Origin: Diadema antillarum
Taxonomy: Eukaryota
Assembly: GCF_040938485.1 (NCBI RefSeq)
Contig: NW_027270937.1
Coordinates: 1,364,001 to 1,428,000 of the forward strand
Length of the DNA stretch: 64,000 nucleotides
Direction: 5' to 3'
The position numbers and the translations under genes were made by a program. How positions within the stretch are numbered: the first letter of the stretch is position 1; every line of letters begins with the position of its first letter. The notes beneath the pieces were generated by a model that saw nothing but the letters and a program-made list of their open reading frames with translations, was not told the DNA's origin and ran no database searches. Shown in pieces: positions 62,545 to 64,000 of the stretch.

Positions 62545-63020
62545 TACAGTTCGTGTTTTCGAAGGTACAAAATTCTAAAGGTTCGTTAATACGAAAATTA
62601 AATTATGTTCGTTATTCCTATGGTTCATTAATCCAAAAGGGAAAAGAGATTCGTCATTCCGAACGTATAGGTTAATCTGAAAGCGAAATAAAGTTGGTAA
62701 TTCCGAAGCTTCGGTAGTACGCACGTCTATATTTTCGAATTAACAAACCTTATTTCATATTCGGACAAACGGACCTTATTCAATTTTGCAGTTACGAACC
62801 TTCGGAATGACAAACCTTATTTCATTTTCGGAATTAAGAACTTTCAGAATAACGAACCTTTGGAATAACGCCACAAATGTTTGGATTAACGAACCCTTTT
62901 TATTTTCGGATTGATGATCCCCTCGGTTTAGGGAATTAGTGTGTTCCGGAATAACGAATTTTTGAAATAACGATTCCTCTTTCATTTTCGGATTAACAAA
63001 CCTTTGGAATAACGAACGTC
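62545..63020. mobile_element. Foldback-type element built from TTCGGAATAACGAACC-like ~15-mers
   Basis: Motif is inverted in the left part (GTTCGTTATTCC) and direct in the right part; termini approximate. Confidence 0.55.
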
Positions 63021-63483
63021 ACACAAAACTTATTGCAACTTATTGCAAAACACATTAGATGTAACGCAACACGACTACAGTAAATAATCAATATGTATCC
63101 CCTCGTGGGATATTGACTCTTCACCCTTACCTACACATACAAACACACCTCACTATAAAAGTTTAACCTTCTATTGACTTATGAGGTGAATTAATAATAT
63201 CTGAGACGTCCTTTCTGCAGAAACCGACACAATTACCTTGTACTTCTTGTCTGAAACGTTTTCATTGTTACTCCTGTGCAATCAACTGGAATGAGCGCTC
63301 TAGGCTAAGGAGATCTCAAATCAGCCAACAATTAACAACAACAACAACAAAAGATAGCGCCGATAGAAGCTTTCAAACAATCACGTTAAACATTTTATAA
63401 TTCAGACATTGTAATAATCAGGATGCACTTAATATTACCCCTGCGTGGTTTCCTTTCAGGACTGCTTCCCATGATGAGACAAG

Positions 63484-64000
63484 ATGGCGAGTCGAGCAAG
63501 TTACAAAGACAGTAATGAGACTTTAGGCCAATCTGATTCCCGTCTCGCTCCCGCAGATATTTGTTTAGCCGTAGGGTTTAGCGCTGTGTTCGTTGTTGGG
63601 GTGACGGGGAATGTCGTGCTGTTGCTGGCGAGCGCACTGTCGAGGAAACTCCAGACGAAAACCTTCTGTCTCATCGTGAATCTTTGCGTCAGTGACCTGT
63701 TAGTATCAGCCGCTCAGCCTTTTCAAATCGTCCCGATATTGGACAGACCACTACCCGAGGTTCTGTGCCAACTGACAGCCGCTCTTGATATCCTATCTGT
63801 CGGGAGTAGTGTCATTACCATGATGCTTATTGCTGTAAATCGCTGTGTGCTCATCATCAAACCTAAGCACACATACAACCGCGTCTTCTCTTCGAGAAAT
63901 CTGGTCGTCATGGTGACAATGTCTTGGCTGTATCCCATCGTAGTTTTGGTGGTTCCTCATGTTACTGGTCATGGTCGTCTTGGATACAATGCCCTCACAC
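63484..64000 (+). CDS. Intronless rhodopsin-class GPCR (copy 5, 3'-partial at window edge)
   Basis: ATG GCG AGT CGA.. open to the window end: MASRASYKDSNETLGQSDSRLAPADICL..GN..NLCVSDL..CQLTAALDILS..NRC..WLYP..GHGRLGYNALT. Confidence 0.9.
   Translation, partial: MASRASYKDSNETLGQSDSRLAPADICLAVGFSAVFVVGVTGNVVLLLASALSRKLQTKTFCLIVNLCVSDLLVSAAQPFQIVPILDRPLPEVLCQLTAALDILSVGSSVITMMLIAVNRCVLIIKPKHTYNRVFSSRNLVVMVTMSWLYPIVVLVVPHVTGHGRLGYNALT

Overview
Eukaryotic (invertebrate deuterostome, most plausibly echinoderm/sea urchin; inferred, not proven) genomic window with two domains. (1) 475-31174 (+): the 3' ~1,195 codons of MED14 (Mediator subunit 14) in 27 GT-AG exons whose phases chain without a break to a TGA at 31172-31174, plus an extra in-frame 42-nt micro-exon (25622-25663) that looks like an old duplicate of the first 14 codons of the next exon. 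The introns carry many non-autonomous transposons (Kolobok-type TTAA MITEs, Helentron/DINE-1-type elements, a TGTGA-TIR MITE, a tRNA-SINE, an L2/CR1 3' fragment). (2) ~33-64 kb: a tandem cluster of five intronless rhodopsin-class GPCR copies on + (three intact, one pseudogene, one running off the window end). They resemble melatonin-receptor/Tre1-moody-like receptors (NRC in TM3), four of five have Asp3.32, and their TM6/TM7 microswitches differ between copies. Between the domains lies an Academ-like element with ~160-bp GCCAT-rich repeat arrays whose right end was flipped in a recent inversion-duplication, leaving a ~1-kb near-perfect inverted repeat. No prokaryotic features, CRISPR, rRNA or genuine tRNA genes are supported.
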